From IMG/VR virus record IMGVR_UViG_3300043425_000902, positions 1 through 63,419 of that record: a stretch of 63,419 bases of DNA, one strand, 5' to 3'. Positions within the stretch are counted from its first letter, which is position 1, and the number at the start of each line of letters is the position of its first letter. Positions 56,547 through 63,419 of the stretch are shown piece by piece. The DNA comes from a virus. Taxonomy: Duplodnaviria; Caudoviricetes. The translations under genes and the position numbers were made by a program. A model generated the notes under the pieces. That model was not told where the DNA came from. It ran no database searches and was given only the letters and a program-made list of their open reading frames with translations.

Positions 56547-57047
56547 TCAGGCGGGCCCCTCCAGAGCCTTGCGGGGCTCTGGCAGGGGCACGGGCCGGGA
56601 CACGCCCTCCAGCGCCTCCTGAGGCTTCTGGAGGGCCTCCATGGGCGCCACAGGCCTCAGCAGGGCCATCACCTCGATCACCGCCGGGTTCAGCTGCAGC
56701 TTGTTGCCCTCGGCGTCGGCCAGCTGCGTCCGCTCTCCGTACCGCCTCGGGTCGAGGCGTGCGAGGAGGCGCAGCCTGTGGTCCGCCCTCGCCTTGTCCC
56801 TGCTGGCCTCCGTCGGCACACCCTCGACCGGGGCCAGCCCATCGACGATGTCGAGGCTCTCCTCCGCAATGATGTCGTAGCAGACCTCCTTGGCCTCCTG
56901 CACCGCCTGCTCCAGAGCGGGATCCTGCCGCCTCCAGTCCCTCCACCGCGTGGGCGGGATGTCGAGCTGCCGGAGGGCCTTGTGCATCAGGACGCCCTTG
57001 CGCATCCGCTCCAGCACCTCTTCAACCTGCACCCAGTCGATTGCCAC
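56547..57047 (-). CDS. terS: Terminase small subunit (Sf6-like)
   Basis: N-terminal HTH, W...DP, AEE..DI.D, R..LL..L.P.RYG; GGAGG RBS with GTG. Confidence 0.82.
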   Translation of the reverse strand: MAIDWVQVEEVLERMRKGVLMHKALRQLDIPPTRWRDWRRQDPALEQAVQEAKEVCYDIIAEESLDIVDGLAPVEGVPTEASRDKARADHRLRLLARLDPRRYGERTQLADAEGNKLQLNPAVIEVMALLRPVAPMEALQKPQEALEGVSRPVPLPEPRKALEGPA

Positions 57048-57257
57048 CGCGCGACCTCCTCCGTGAACGAGGGTTCCAGCATACCACACCCCCACCCTCC
57101 ACCGCTACCCGCCAAGGGCTTCCTTGACGACGGGGACCTGCACCCTTCTGCTTGCTACCTGTCCGGGTCCTCTGCACCCTGTCCTGTGCACCCCCTCCCG
57201 CCCCTCTCCCCCTCCCACCCCGCTCCCCTCAGCCCCTGCCCCAGCCGCCCACCGCCC

Positions 57258-57421
57258 CGCCAACACCAGCAACACCGGGCCTGAGCACCCCGTGCAACAC
57301 CGCAACACGAGGGGCCCCCTCTAAAGAGGGGCCCCCCGACGTGTTGCAGTGGTGTTGCACTGGCGGGGTGCCTGCGGGTCTTACAACACGTTGCAACATG
57401 TTGTGCCGTGTTGCGTGTTGG
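57258..57421. repeat. CAACAC/GTGTTG iteron cluster around a hairpin; candidate replication origin
   Basis: About 10 copies in both orientations; GTGCAACACC/GGTGTTGCAC inverted repeat flanks CCCCTC-TAAA-GAGGGG. Confidence 0.6.
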
Positions 57422-57461
57422 CACCCAGAAAAGCGCCACCAAAAACGGCACCTTTTATGTT

Positions 57462-57522
57462 ACAATTCGTGATCAAAATCTGCACCTTCCCTGTTGCACC
57501 CACCCCCTCCCACCTGTACAAC
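57462..57522 (+). promoter_or_regulatory. Early promoter/operator
   Basis: ACAATTCGTGA, GCACC-N6-GTTGC, TTGCAC-N17-TACAAC. Confidence 0.65.
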
Positions 57523-57642
57523 ACTCTCAGAGGCGACGCGGTGAGACAGCCACGTCGATGTCCTCGACCCCCGCTCCGGGGCCGGGCTGCCCGGGACAGG
57601 AGGCGAGGCGGGGCGCTCTCCCCGCCGCCTTGGAGACCTGAC

Positions 57643-57909
57643 ATGTCGCGCAACGGCCTCACCCTGACCGAGCAGACGCTGCTCGCATCCGCCAACAGCC
57701 GCGGCGTGGTCCACTTCCAGACCTACACCAAGCGCCGCGGATACGCCTTCTACACGGTCGGCGGGCGGGAGCTGCGCGCCGCGCAGAAGCTCGTCAAGCG
57801 CGGCCTGCTGCGCGAGGGGGAGCACAAGTCCAGCTCGACCTACGTGCGGTACTCCATGGGCTACCGGCAGGAGCGCTGGACCGACCACTTCTTCCACACC
57901 GTTCTGTAG
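57643..57909 (+). CDS. Early hypothetical protein
   Basis: GGAGACCTGACATG start. Confidence 0.75.
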   Translation: MSRNGLTLTEQTLLASANSRGVVHFQTYTKRRGYAFYTVGGRELRAAQKLVKRGLLREGEHKSSSTYVRYSMGYRQERWTDHFFHTVL

Positions 57910-57940
57910 CGTTTACACGACCTCACACAGGAGACCTGAC

Positions 57941-58234
57941 ATGAAAGACTACATCTACGTGGGATCCGCCCCCACCGACGAGGACTGCGTCCAAGTGACG
58001 CGGGACGCGGACTACCTGCCCGCCATGCGCGCGGAGTGCCTGCGGTACATCGCCGCCCTGCGCGCCAAGTACGGCCCGGAGCCTGAGGGCGCGGAGCTGC
58101 GCCTGAAGCGGGAGGGGCACGACTTTGGGCCGTACATCGAGGTGGTGTGCGTCTTCGACCCCACCGACGACGCAGCCGTCGAGTACGCCTACGACGTCGA
58201 GGGCGGCCTGCAATTCTGGCCGGAGGAGGCCTGA
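57941..58234 (+). CDS. Early hypothetical protein
   Basis: GGAGACCTGACATG start; G..P.DE.C.Q and HDFG.Y.EV motifs. Confidence 0.8.
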   Translation: MKDYIYVGSAPTDEDCVQVTRDADYLPAMRAECLRYIAALRAKYGPEPEGAELRLKREGHDFGPYIEVVCVFDPTDDAAVEYAYDVEGGLQFWPEEA

Positions 58235-58235
58235 C

Positions 58236-58457
58236 ATGACCTACCGCACCGTCACCATCGAGCTGAACCGCCGCGCGTCGACGATCGAGGCCCACGCCTC
58301 GGTCGTCCGGCGGGCCCTGACGGGCAGCTTCACCACCGAGGCGTCCCTCGACGCCGCCCTGCGCGCAGCGCGCCACCTCGCCGCCGAGGCCCAAGCCCTC
58401 GCCGCACATCTGCAGGCCCAAGCCCTCGCCGCACAACCGGAGACCACGCCACAGTGA
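58236..58457 (+). CDS. Early hypothetical protein
   Basis: GGAGGCCTGACATG start; short C-terminal AQALAA duplication. Confidence 0.7.
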   Translation: MTYRTVTIELNRRASTIEAHASVVRRALTGSFTTEASLDAALRAARHLAAEAQALAAHLQAQALAAQPETTPQ

Positions 58458-58466
58458 AGAAAGTCC

Positions 58467-58495
58467 TTGCACCCCCAGGGGTGCGGGTGTACGGT
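58467..58495 (+). promoter_or_regulatory. Early promoter/operator
   Basis: TTGCAC-N17-TACGGT with perfect GCACC-N6-GGTGC. Confidence 0.65.
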
Positions 58496-58522
58496 CTGAC
58501 TGTGAACGCAAGGAGATCTGAC

Positions 58523-58807
58523 GTGATCCGGTATGTGGTTACCAACCCCGACGGGGACGCCGTCGCAGAGGGCCTCACCTCCGAGGAGGCCGGGCGCCTG
58601 ATCCTGTCCTACTGCTCGCACAGCATCAAGCCGTGGGGCAGGGGGTGGCTGCTGCGTGTAAACGGCACCCCGCGCCGCGGCGTGGGCCCCGGCTGCACGC
58701 GCGAGGAGGCCACGGAGATCATGTTGCGCGGCGTGGCGCGCGACGCCCGCATCGAAGATGGATGGCCCGCCGAGGCCCGCTTTCAACCCGACAGGGAGAG
58801 TGAATGA
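58523..58807 (+). CDS. Early hypothetical protein
   Basis: GGAGATCTGACGTG start. Confidence 0.7.
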   Translation: MIRYVVTNPDGDAVAEGLTSEEAGRLILSYCSHSIKPWGRGWLLRVNGTPRRGVGPGCTREEATEIMLRGVARDARIEDGWPAEARFQPDRESE

Positions 58808-59256
58808 TGACTGACGAAGAGCTGGACAAGGCGCGAGCCGCCGAGGCTTGGCGTGTTTTCTCGACCAGCGATGCCGACTTTACAATCGAGGCGCTTGGGG
58901 AGATCGCCGCCCGCCTAGCCCGCGAAGGCTGGACGCCGCCCGTTGACCCGGACCTGCTGGTAGCGCGGGAGATCGCGGCGAAGGGGTGGGGCGAAGTGGG
59001 TTTGGGTTTGTCCACGGCTGAAACCGCCGCCCTCGTCACACAGACCCTTGCGGGGAGCTACGACACACATCTGTTTGTCCGCGCCGCCCTCGCCGCCTAC
59101 AAGGCCGGGCGAGAAGCCGAGGCCGAGCGGGCGAAGGTGCTGCTGGCGGCGCTGGACGACATGCAGAAAAACAGCATGACCGTTTGGAGCGCCCGCGCAA
59201 GCGCCGCCCTCGCCGCCTACAAGGCCGGAAAGGCGACTGGAAAAGGCCCTCGCTGA
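58804..59256 (+). CDS. Hypothetical protein with duplicated AALAAYKAG
   Basis: ATGA overlap; 26-nt direct repeat GCCGCCCTCGCCGCCTACAAGGCCGG. Confidence 0.7.
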   Translation: MMTDEELDKARAAEAWRVFSTSDADFTIEALGEIAARLAREGWTPPVDPDLLVAREIAAKGWGEVGLGLSTAETAALVTQTLAGSYDTHLFVRAALAAYKAGREAEAERAKVLLAALDDMQKNSMTVWSARASAALAAYKAGKATGKGPR

Positions 59257-59267
59257 CTACAAGGCTT

Positions 59268-59311
59268 GAAACAATTCGTGACTTGCACCTGAACGGGTGC
59301 GGAGCTACTTT
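59268..59311 (+). promoter_or_regulatory. Early promoter/operator
   Basis: GAAACAATTCGTGA, TTGCAC-N17-TACTTT, perfect GCACC-N6-GGTGC. Confidence 0.7.
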
Positions 59312-59347
59312 CTGACTGTGGCCACTGGGGCCGCAAGGAGACCTGAC

Positions 59348-59518
59348 ATGGACAACTACACCGCCGTCGGCCTTGCCGAGGGTTTCATCGAGACGGACGA
59401 CGAGACGCAGGTCGTCGCCGCATGGCAGCACCTGCACGACACGGGCCTCGCCTACCAGCTGCAGGGCTGGTTCGGGCGCACCGCCCAGCACCTCCTCGCG
59501 GAGGGGGTGATCCAGTGA
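59348..59518 (+). CDS. Small conserved phage protein
   Basis: GGAGACCTGACATG start; WQ.L.DTG....LQG.FGR.A..L...G.I. Confidence 0.78.
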   Translation: MDNYTAVGLAEGFIETDDETQVVAAWQHLHDTGLAYQLQGWFGRTAQHLLAEGVIQ

Positions 59519-59931
59519 TTGAACAGCACACGCCGGGGCCTTGGCGCGTCATCCATTATGATGCAGGAGATAGACCCTATCGAGACCATAACGGTCCGTG
59601 CCCCGGCATTTTTGCATCCGAAGAACAGGATTGCAGCATAGTCCATTGGGATGGATTCAAACAAAAGCATTGGTCATCCGCAAACGGGAATCAAAAACAG
59701 ATAGAAGCCAACGCCCGCCTGATCGCCGCCGCGCCAAGCCTCCTGAAGGCTCTGGAGGATCTGCTGGCCAGTGACTTGGTCCGGCTTGGGTGGCTGCCGT
59801 TGCCCGGCACGCCCGACTTCCCTGAAATGAGCCTCAGCCTTCGTGAGCGCGCCGCGCCGATCTTCGCCGCCCGCGCCGCCATCGCCGCGGCGCGTTTACA
59901 CAACCCCCAAACACAGGAGAGCGGGGAATGA
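59515..59931 (+). CDS. Phage hypothetical protein (HTPGPW...ANARLIAAAP family)
   Basis: Characteristic motifs flank an AT-richer variable middle. Confidence 0.78.
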   Translation: MIEQHTPGPWRVIHYDAGDRPYRDHNGPCPGIFASEEQDCSIVHWDGFKQKHWSSANGNQKQIEANARLIAAAPSLLKALEDLLASDLVRLGWLPLPGTPDFPEMSLSLRERAAPIFAARAAIAAARLHNPQTQESGE

Positions 59932-60281
59932 GCACTGAAATGGATGTCGCCAAGGCGCTGGTCCGAACGGCCCTCGCCAAGGGGTACAGGGTCGTCATCT
60001 GGGACGGCTTCAGCGAGACCGACGACGGTCTGCGGGACATGCTGTACCTGATGCCGCCCGGGGAGGTCCCCGACGCGGTTCTGGAGGACGCGCTGGGGCG
60101 CACGGAGGAGGACAGCATCTACCTCACCACGCCGGACGGGAAGCACCTCGGCACCCTGTGGCTGATCTGGGGCAACGACCCGAGCGGCGAGGAGCTGGTC
60201 GCGGACATGACCTCCACCGACGCCGCCCGGGACGTCGTCAACGACGTCAACCGCTCCTTTGGCTTCGAGGTGTACGAATGA
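59928..60281 (+). CDS. Hypothetical protein
   Basis: AGGAG RBS; LIWGN....E...D motif. Confidence 0.75.
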   Translation: MSTEMDVAKALVRTALAKGYRVVIWDGFSETDDGLRDMLYLMPPGEVPDAVLEDALGRTEEDSIYLTTPDGKHLGTLWLIWGNDPSGEELVADMTSTDAARDVVNDVNRSFGFEVYE

Positions 60282-60949
60282 CCCACATCACGTACACAGC
60301 TGGCGGGGGTGGCGGTGGCGGGATGTCCACCGTGCCGGGCCCCATCGAGCGCGACAGGGACAGGTACATCCGCTACCTCGCCGTCAACGCGTGGATCAAC
60401 GGCGACAGGGTGTACCTGCTGAAATACGCCAACCTGCAGGGCGCCGACCTGTCGGACCTGAACCTGTCGGGCGCACACCTGAGCTGCGCCAACCTCCGCG
60501 ATGCGTGTCTGGTTCGCACAAACCTGTCGGGCGCAATTCTGGGTCACGCCGACCTGTCAGGCGCGCAGCTCAACGGCGCAAACCTGAAAGCGGCCCAGCT
60601 GCAGCACGCCAATCTGCAGGGTGCGCGGCTGGATGCCGCCATCATCCCCTTCGCAGGGTTCTACGGGGCGAAACTTGAGGGGAGCACCTTCCTCGAGGCT
60701 AGATACCTCAAAGAGGCGAACCTGTGCGGAGCGAGCTACTACGGCGAGCTGCGCCGGTACGCCATCAGCGCAGATCGCGGGGACTACGTGTTCCACCTGC
60801 TGAAGTACGACGACGGCCCGCCCAAGGTCCGCGCCGGGTGCCGCCTGTTTACACTCTCCGAGTACCGCAGGCACACGTGGTCCTATTTCGGGTCGCGCAA
60901 ATGGCGCCAGACCCGAGCCATCCTGAAACTGTTCGAGGCATACAAATGA
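60278..60949 (+). CDS. Second pentapeptide repeat protein
   Basis: ANLxG repeats; C-terminal FHL....DGP.KV.AGCR.FT shared with 15-1091; the start could be 60323. Confidence 0.88.
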   Translation: MTHITYTAGGGGGGGMSTVPGPIERDRDRYIRYLAVNAWINGDRVYLLKYANLQGADLSDLNLSGAHLSCANLRDACLVRTNLSGAILGHADLSGAQLNGANLKAAQLQHANLQGARLDAAIIPFAGFYGAKLEGSTFLEARYLKEANLCGASYYGELRRYAISADRGDYVFHLLKYDDGPPKVRAGCRLFTLSEYRRHTWSYFGSRKWRQTRAILKLFEAYK

Positions 60950-61353
60950 CCCGCAAATATCGCAGATGGACTGAAGCCGAGGACCTGACCCTGCGCACGC
61001 GGTACGCTGCGGGGGACAGCTACGAGGACATCGCCCTCATCCTCGACAGGGAGCTGCACTCCGTGCGCTGCCGCGTGTATGACCTGCGATGCACGGATCC
61101 GAACGACGAGGCTCTCGCGCGCCGCAAGACGCGCCCCAAGCCTCGCCTCGCCCTGTCGTGCGCTCCGCCCCATCAGGGGCCTCAGGAGCCGCCCCCTGCG
61201 GCGCCCTCTCGCCCGGGCGGGTGGCTCAGCGAGGCGCTGGACGACGTGCGGTACAGGCTCGACGTCCTGCGGCAGCAGGAGGCGGACATCGCCTCGGCCC
61301 GGGCCGCTCTTGAGCAGACCCTGTCCGTTCTGGAGGGCCTGCGCATCGGCTGA
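60946..61353 (+). CDS. Myb/GcrA-like HTH protein
   Basis: WT..ED..L...Y..G.S...IA..L.R....V..R...L. Confidence 0.65.
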   Translation: MTRKYRRWTEAEDLTLRTRYAAGDSYEDIALILDRELHSVRCRVYDLRCTDPNDEALARRKTRPKPRLALSCAPPHQGPQEPPPAAPSRPGGWLSEALDDVRYRLDVLRQQEADIASARAALEQTLSVLEGLRIG

Positions 61354-61395
61354 AACAATTCGTGATTTGCACCCATATAGGTGCAGTGCTACTGT
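61352..61395 (+). promoter_or_regulatory. Early promoter/operator
   Basis: GAAACAATTCGTGA, TTGCAC-N17-TACTGT, perfect GCACC-N6-GGTGC. Confidence 0.7.
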
Positions 61396-61447
61396 CTGAG
61401 GGTGGGGAGCGGGGCCGTGGTGGCCCTGCCCCACGGGAGACCTGACC

Positions 61448-61795
61448 ATGACCCAAGTGTTCAAGAAGTCCGACGCCCTCACGCACTGGGCCGCCCTGCC
61501 CAAGGACGCCCCGCTCCGCCCCCACGCGATCGCGTACAAGTCGCGCGGCTCGACCTACGGCCACGACGGGGTGCGCGTCGAGGGGTCCCGGGACTTCATC
61601 GACGCCGTCCTCGGGCGTCTCTCCGACCTGCTCGACATGGAAAGCGACGACACCCGGATCAGCATCTCGTACCAGACGGTCGAGGCGAGGCCGGGCAAGG
61701 ACCACAACGGCGGCGAGTACGTCTGCTACCTCAAGTTCCACGAGCGGGGGCCTGAGGCGCGCATCGCCAACCGCGTCTTTGGACGCGCCGCCTGA
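61448..61795 (+). CDS. Early hypothetical protein
   Basis: GGAGACCTGACCATG start. Confidence 0.78.
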   Translation: MTQVFKKSDALTHWAALPKDAPLRPHAIAYKSRGSTYGHDGVRVEGSRDFIDAVLGRLSDLLDMESDDTRISISYQTVEARPGKDHNGGEYVCYLKFHERGPEARIANRVFGRAA

Positions 61796-61802
61796 AGGCG
61801 CA

Positions 61803-61831
61803 TTGCACCCCACCCGGTGGGGTGCTACCTT
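61803..61831 (+). promoter_or_regulatory. Early promoter
   Basis: TTGCAC-N17-TACCTT with GCACC-N6-GGTGG. Confidence 0.6.
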
Positions 61832-61850
61832 CCTCTCAAGGAGACATCCC

Positions 61851-62009
61851 ATGACCCTTCAATTCATCATCGCCGCCCTGTGGCTCGCCCTGTTCGCTCA
61901 CTCGATGTACAGCATCGGGGTTTCCAGCGACCGGGCGGGGTGGTGGCTCGCCGCCATTGCGCAGGCCGTTCTCGCGATCAACACCTTCATCGGGGCGTTC
62001 GCCGAATGA
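61851..62009 (+). CDS. Small 2-TM membrane protein
   Basis: AAGGAG RBS; hydrophobic. Confidence 0.65.
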   Translation: MTLQFIIAALWLALFAHSMYSIGVSSDRAGWWLAAIAQAVLAINTFIGAFAE

Positions 62010-62110
62010 AACGCGACCTCATCTGGTGGGCGTGGCAGATCTTCTGCGCCCTCATCATCGCCGCCAGCCTAACGGCCTTCCTGTCCATCGCCGTGAGCCT
62101 GATCCCATGA
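62006..62110 (+). CDS. Small 1-TM membrane peptide
   Basis: ATGA overlaps on both sides. Confidence 0.55.
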   Translation: MKRDLIWWAWQIFCALIIAASLTAFLSIAVSLIP

Positions 62111-62295
62111 CCCCGGACACGTACGTCGTCGTCACCCCCGGGGCCGACGGACACCCCGACCGCGTCGCGCTGATGACGATGGACCGGGACGAGGCGGTCA
62201 CCGAGGCCAAGCTCCTGTCCGCCTACCACCCCTTCGTTTTCCTCGGGCGCCTCGACACCATCGTCATCGCCCTCCCCACCAGCAAGGAGACCTGA
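62107..62295 (+). CDS. Hypothetical protein
   Basis: ATGA overlap; stop lies within the start-associated motif. Confidence 0.6.
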   Translation: MTPDTYVVVTPGADGHPDRVALMTMDRDEAVTEAKLLSAYHPFVFLGRLDTIVIALPTSKET

Positions 62296-62296
62296 C

Positions 62297-62473
62297 ATGC
62301 CCCCGTCCCCCGAAGACATCGCCGCCCTGCGCTCCGCGTTCCGGGCGGCGCAGCAAGCCGCAGCCGACGCTCACCTCGCCTACATGCAGGCCATGGCCCG
62401 AGAGATCCGGGCCCGCGACGCCATCGAGGACGCCCTGCGCGACGCCCGGGAGGACGAGACATGCGCCTCCTGA
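62297..62473 (+). CDS. Small helical hypothetical protein
   Basis: Hand-translated 58 aa; GGAGACCTGACATG start. Confidence 0.65.
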   Translation: MPPSPEDIAALRSAFRAAQQAAADAHLAYMQAMAREIRARDAIEDALRDAREDETCAS

Positions 62474-62817
62474 CCCTCGCCTTGGCGGCCAGCCTGTGCC
62501 TGCCTCCGCCCGCCCACGCCGTCGCGTCCAGCGAGACCGCCAAGGCCCTGTACGAGGACTGCACGGCTGACGACGACACCTACCTCAAGGTCGCGTACTG
62601 CGTCGGCCAGATCCGCGGTATGGTGATCGGCGCCCAGATCGCCTTCACCGCCGAGGAGCTGACCCTGTGCTACCCCGACGACGTGCGGAACCGGGAGCTG
62701 CTGCAGGCCTTCCTCGACTACTACCGCGACAACCCGTCTAAACGTCTTGAACCCGCCTTCGTCACGGTCGTCCTGTCCGTCACGACGCGCTGGCCGTGCA
62801 CCGGAGGCAAGCGATGA
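62461..62817 (+). CDS. Rap1a/Tai4-like periplasmic immunity-family protein
   Basis: Signal peptide (PAHA-), L...C, C.G.I.G, C.P, F..Y...NP, WPC pattern. Confidence 0.72.
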   Translation: MRLLTLALAASLCLPPPAHAVASSETAKALYEDCTADDDTYLKVAYCVGQIRGMVIGAQIAFTAEELTLCYPDDVRNRELLQAFLDYYRDNPSKRLEPAFVTVVLSVTTRWPCTGGKR

Positions 62818-62996
62818 CCCCCACCGAACAAGCCCGCCGGGCGGTGGGCTACGCGCTCGAAGAGGCCGAGATGTTCGACGGCATGACCCGCGCGGACGTT
62901 GAACGCCACCACACCGCCTTTGATGCTATGCCTGACACGCTACTGGTATCGCTGGCCCGCCAGCTATGGACCGTGAAAAGGGAGACGATGCGATGA
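62814..62996 (+). CDS. Hypothetical protein
   Basis: GGAGG RBS, ATGA overlap. Confidence 0.6.
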   Translation: MTPTEQARRAVGYALEEAEMFDGMTRADVERHHTAFDAMPDTLLVSLARQLWTVKRETMR

Positions 62997-63295
62997 GTGA
63001 TGAACCCGACGAGGTCTACGCTGCGTGGGAAGCCTGCGCCTGCGACCGATATAAAGACGAGGAAAACGGCAACCCCCTTGGCCTCCCCCAAGGGATGCCG
63101 AACATCGACGATTTTAAAGACGGCTACCGCGCCGGTCAGGCCGCATCCGCAGAGCGGATCAAGGCGCTGGAGGAAGAGATCGCCGCCATGCAGGAAATAC
63201 CGGGAAACCTTCGGGTCGAGATGAGCGACATGCTGACCCGACTGCATGAACTACACCCCGAGGATTTTGTGTGGCTCAAGGAGGCTGACCAGTGA
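62993..63295 (+). CDS. Hypothetical protein
   Basis: GGGAG RBS; stop overlaps the GTG of the pentapeptide gene across the circular junction. Confidence 0.7.
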   Translation: MSDEPDEVYAAWEACACDRYKDEENGNPLGLPQGMPNIDDFKDGYRAGQAASAERIKALEEEIAAMQEIPGNLRVEMSDMLTRLHELHPEDFVWLKEADQ

Positions 63296-63419
63296 ACAAG
63301 CATATCATCCACCTCGCCGCTGTCGCTTGGGCAAACGGCGGAACCCTGTCCGGAGCCCGCCTGCACGGGGTCAACCTGCGCGAGGCCGTCCTGAGCGGGG
63401 CCGTCCTGAGCGGGGCCAA
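63278..63419. repeat. Terminal overlap with 1-142
   Basis: Direct repeat of the window start. Confidence 0.9.

Overview
The window is an essentially complete, circularly assembled genome (~63.3 kb, GC-rich) of a tailed phage with podovirus-type architecture. Bases 63278-63419 repeat bases 1-142. An alphaproteobacterial host is inferred from the GapR/DUF2312 and GcrA/Myb-like genes. On the + strand lie early small genes (53.9-63.3 kb, continuing into 0-2.3 kb) and an APSE/BPP-1-style replication module (Cro, primase-helicase, DUF2800 nuclease, DUF2815 SSB, GapR, PolA, VRR-NUC, SNF2 helicase). On the - strand lie TerL, portal, GroES, scaffold, major capsid, adaptors, two tail-fibre modules, a lysis cassette and seven large putative ejection/internal virion proteins. 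No integrase, CI repressor, tRNA, CRISPR array or reverse transcriptase was recognised. The most striking candidate system is an array of putative virion-delivered effectors. Three tandem paralogues share an N-terminal pre-toxin-TG-like module but carry unrelated cargo domains. Two of them start with a TonB-box-like motif (TV[DE]EVVVTGKR) and end in a YAKGG tag that recurs in other late proteins, and one upstream ejection protein carries four more TonB-box-like repeats. Other notable signals are an over-represented, strand-biased octamer GTTTACAC, a 14-bp start-associated sequence, a 16-bp operator regulon, a structured intergenic RNA candidate and an iteron/hairpin origin candidate. All protein assignments are from motif recognition by eye; no database searches were run.
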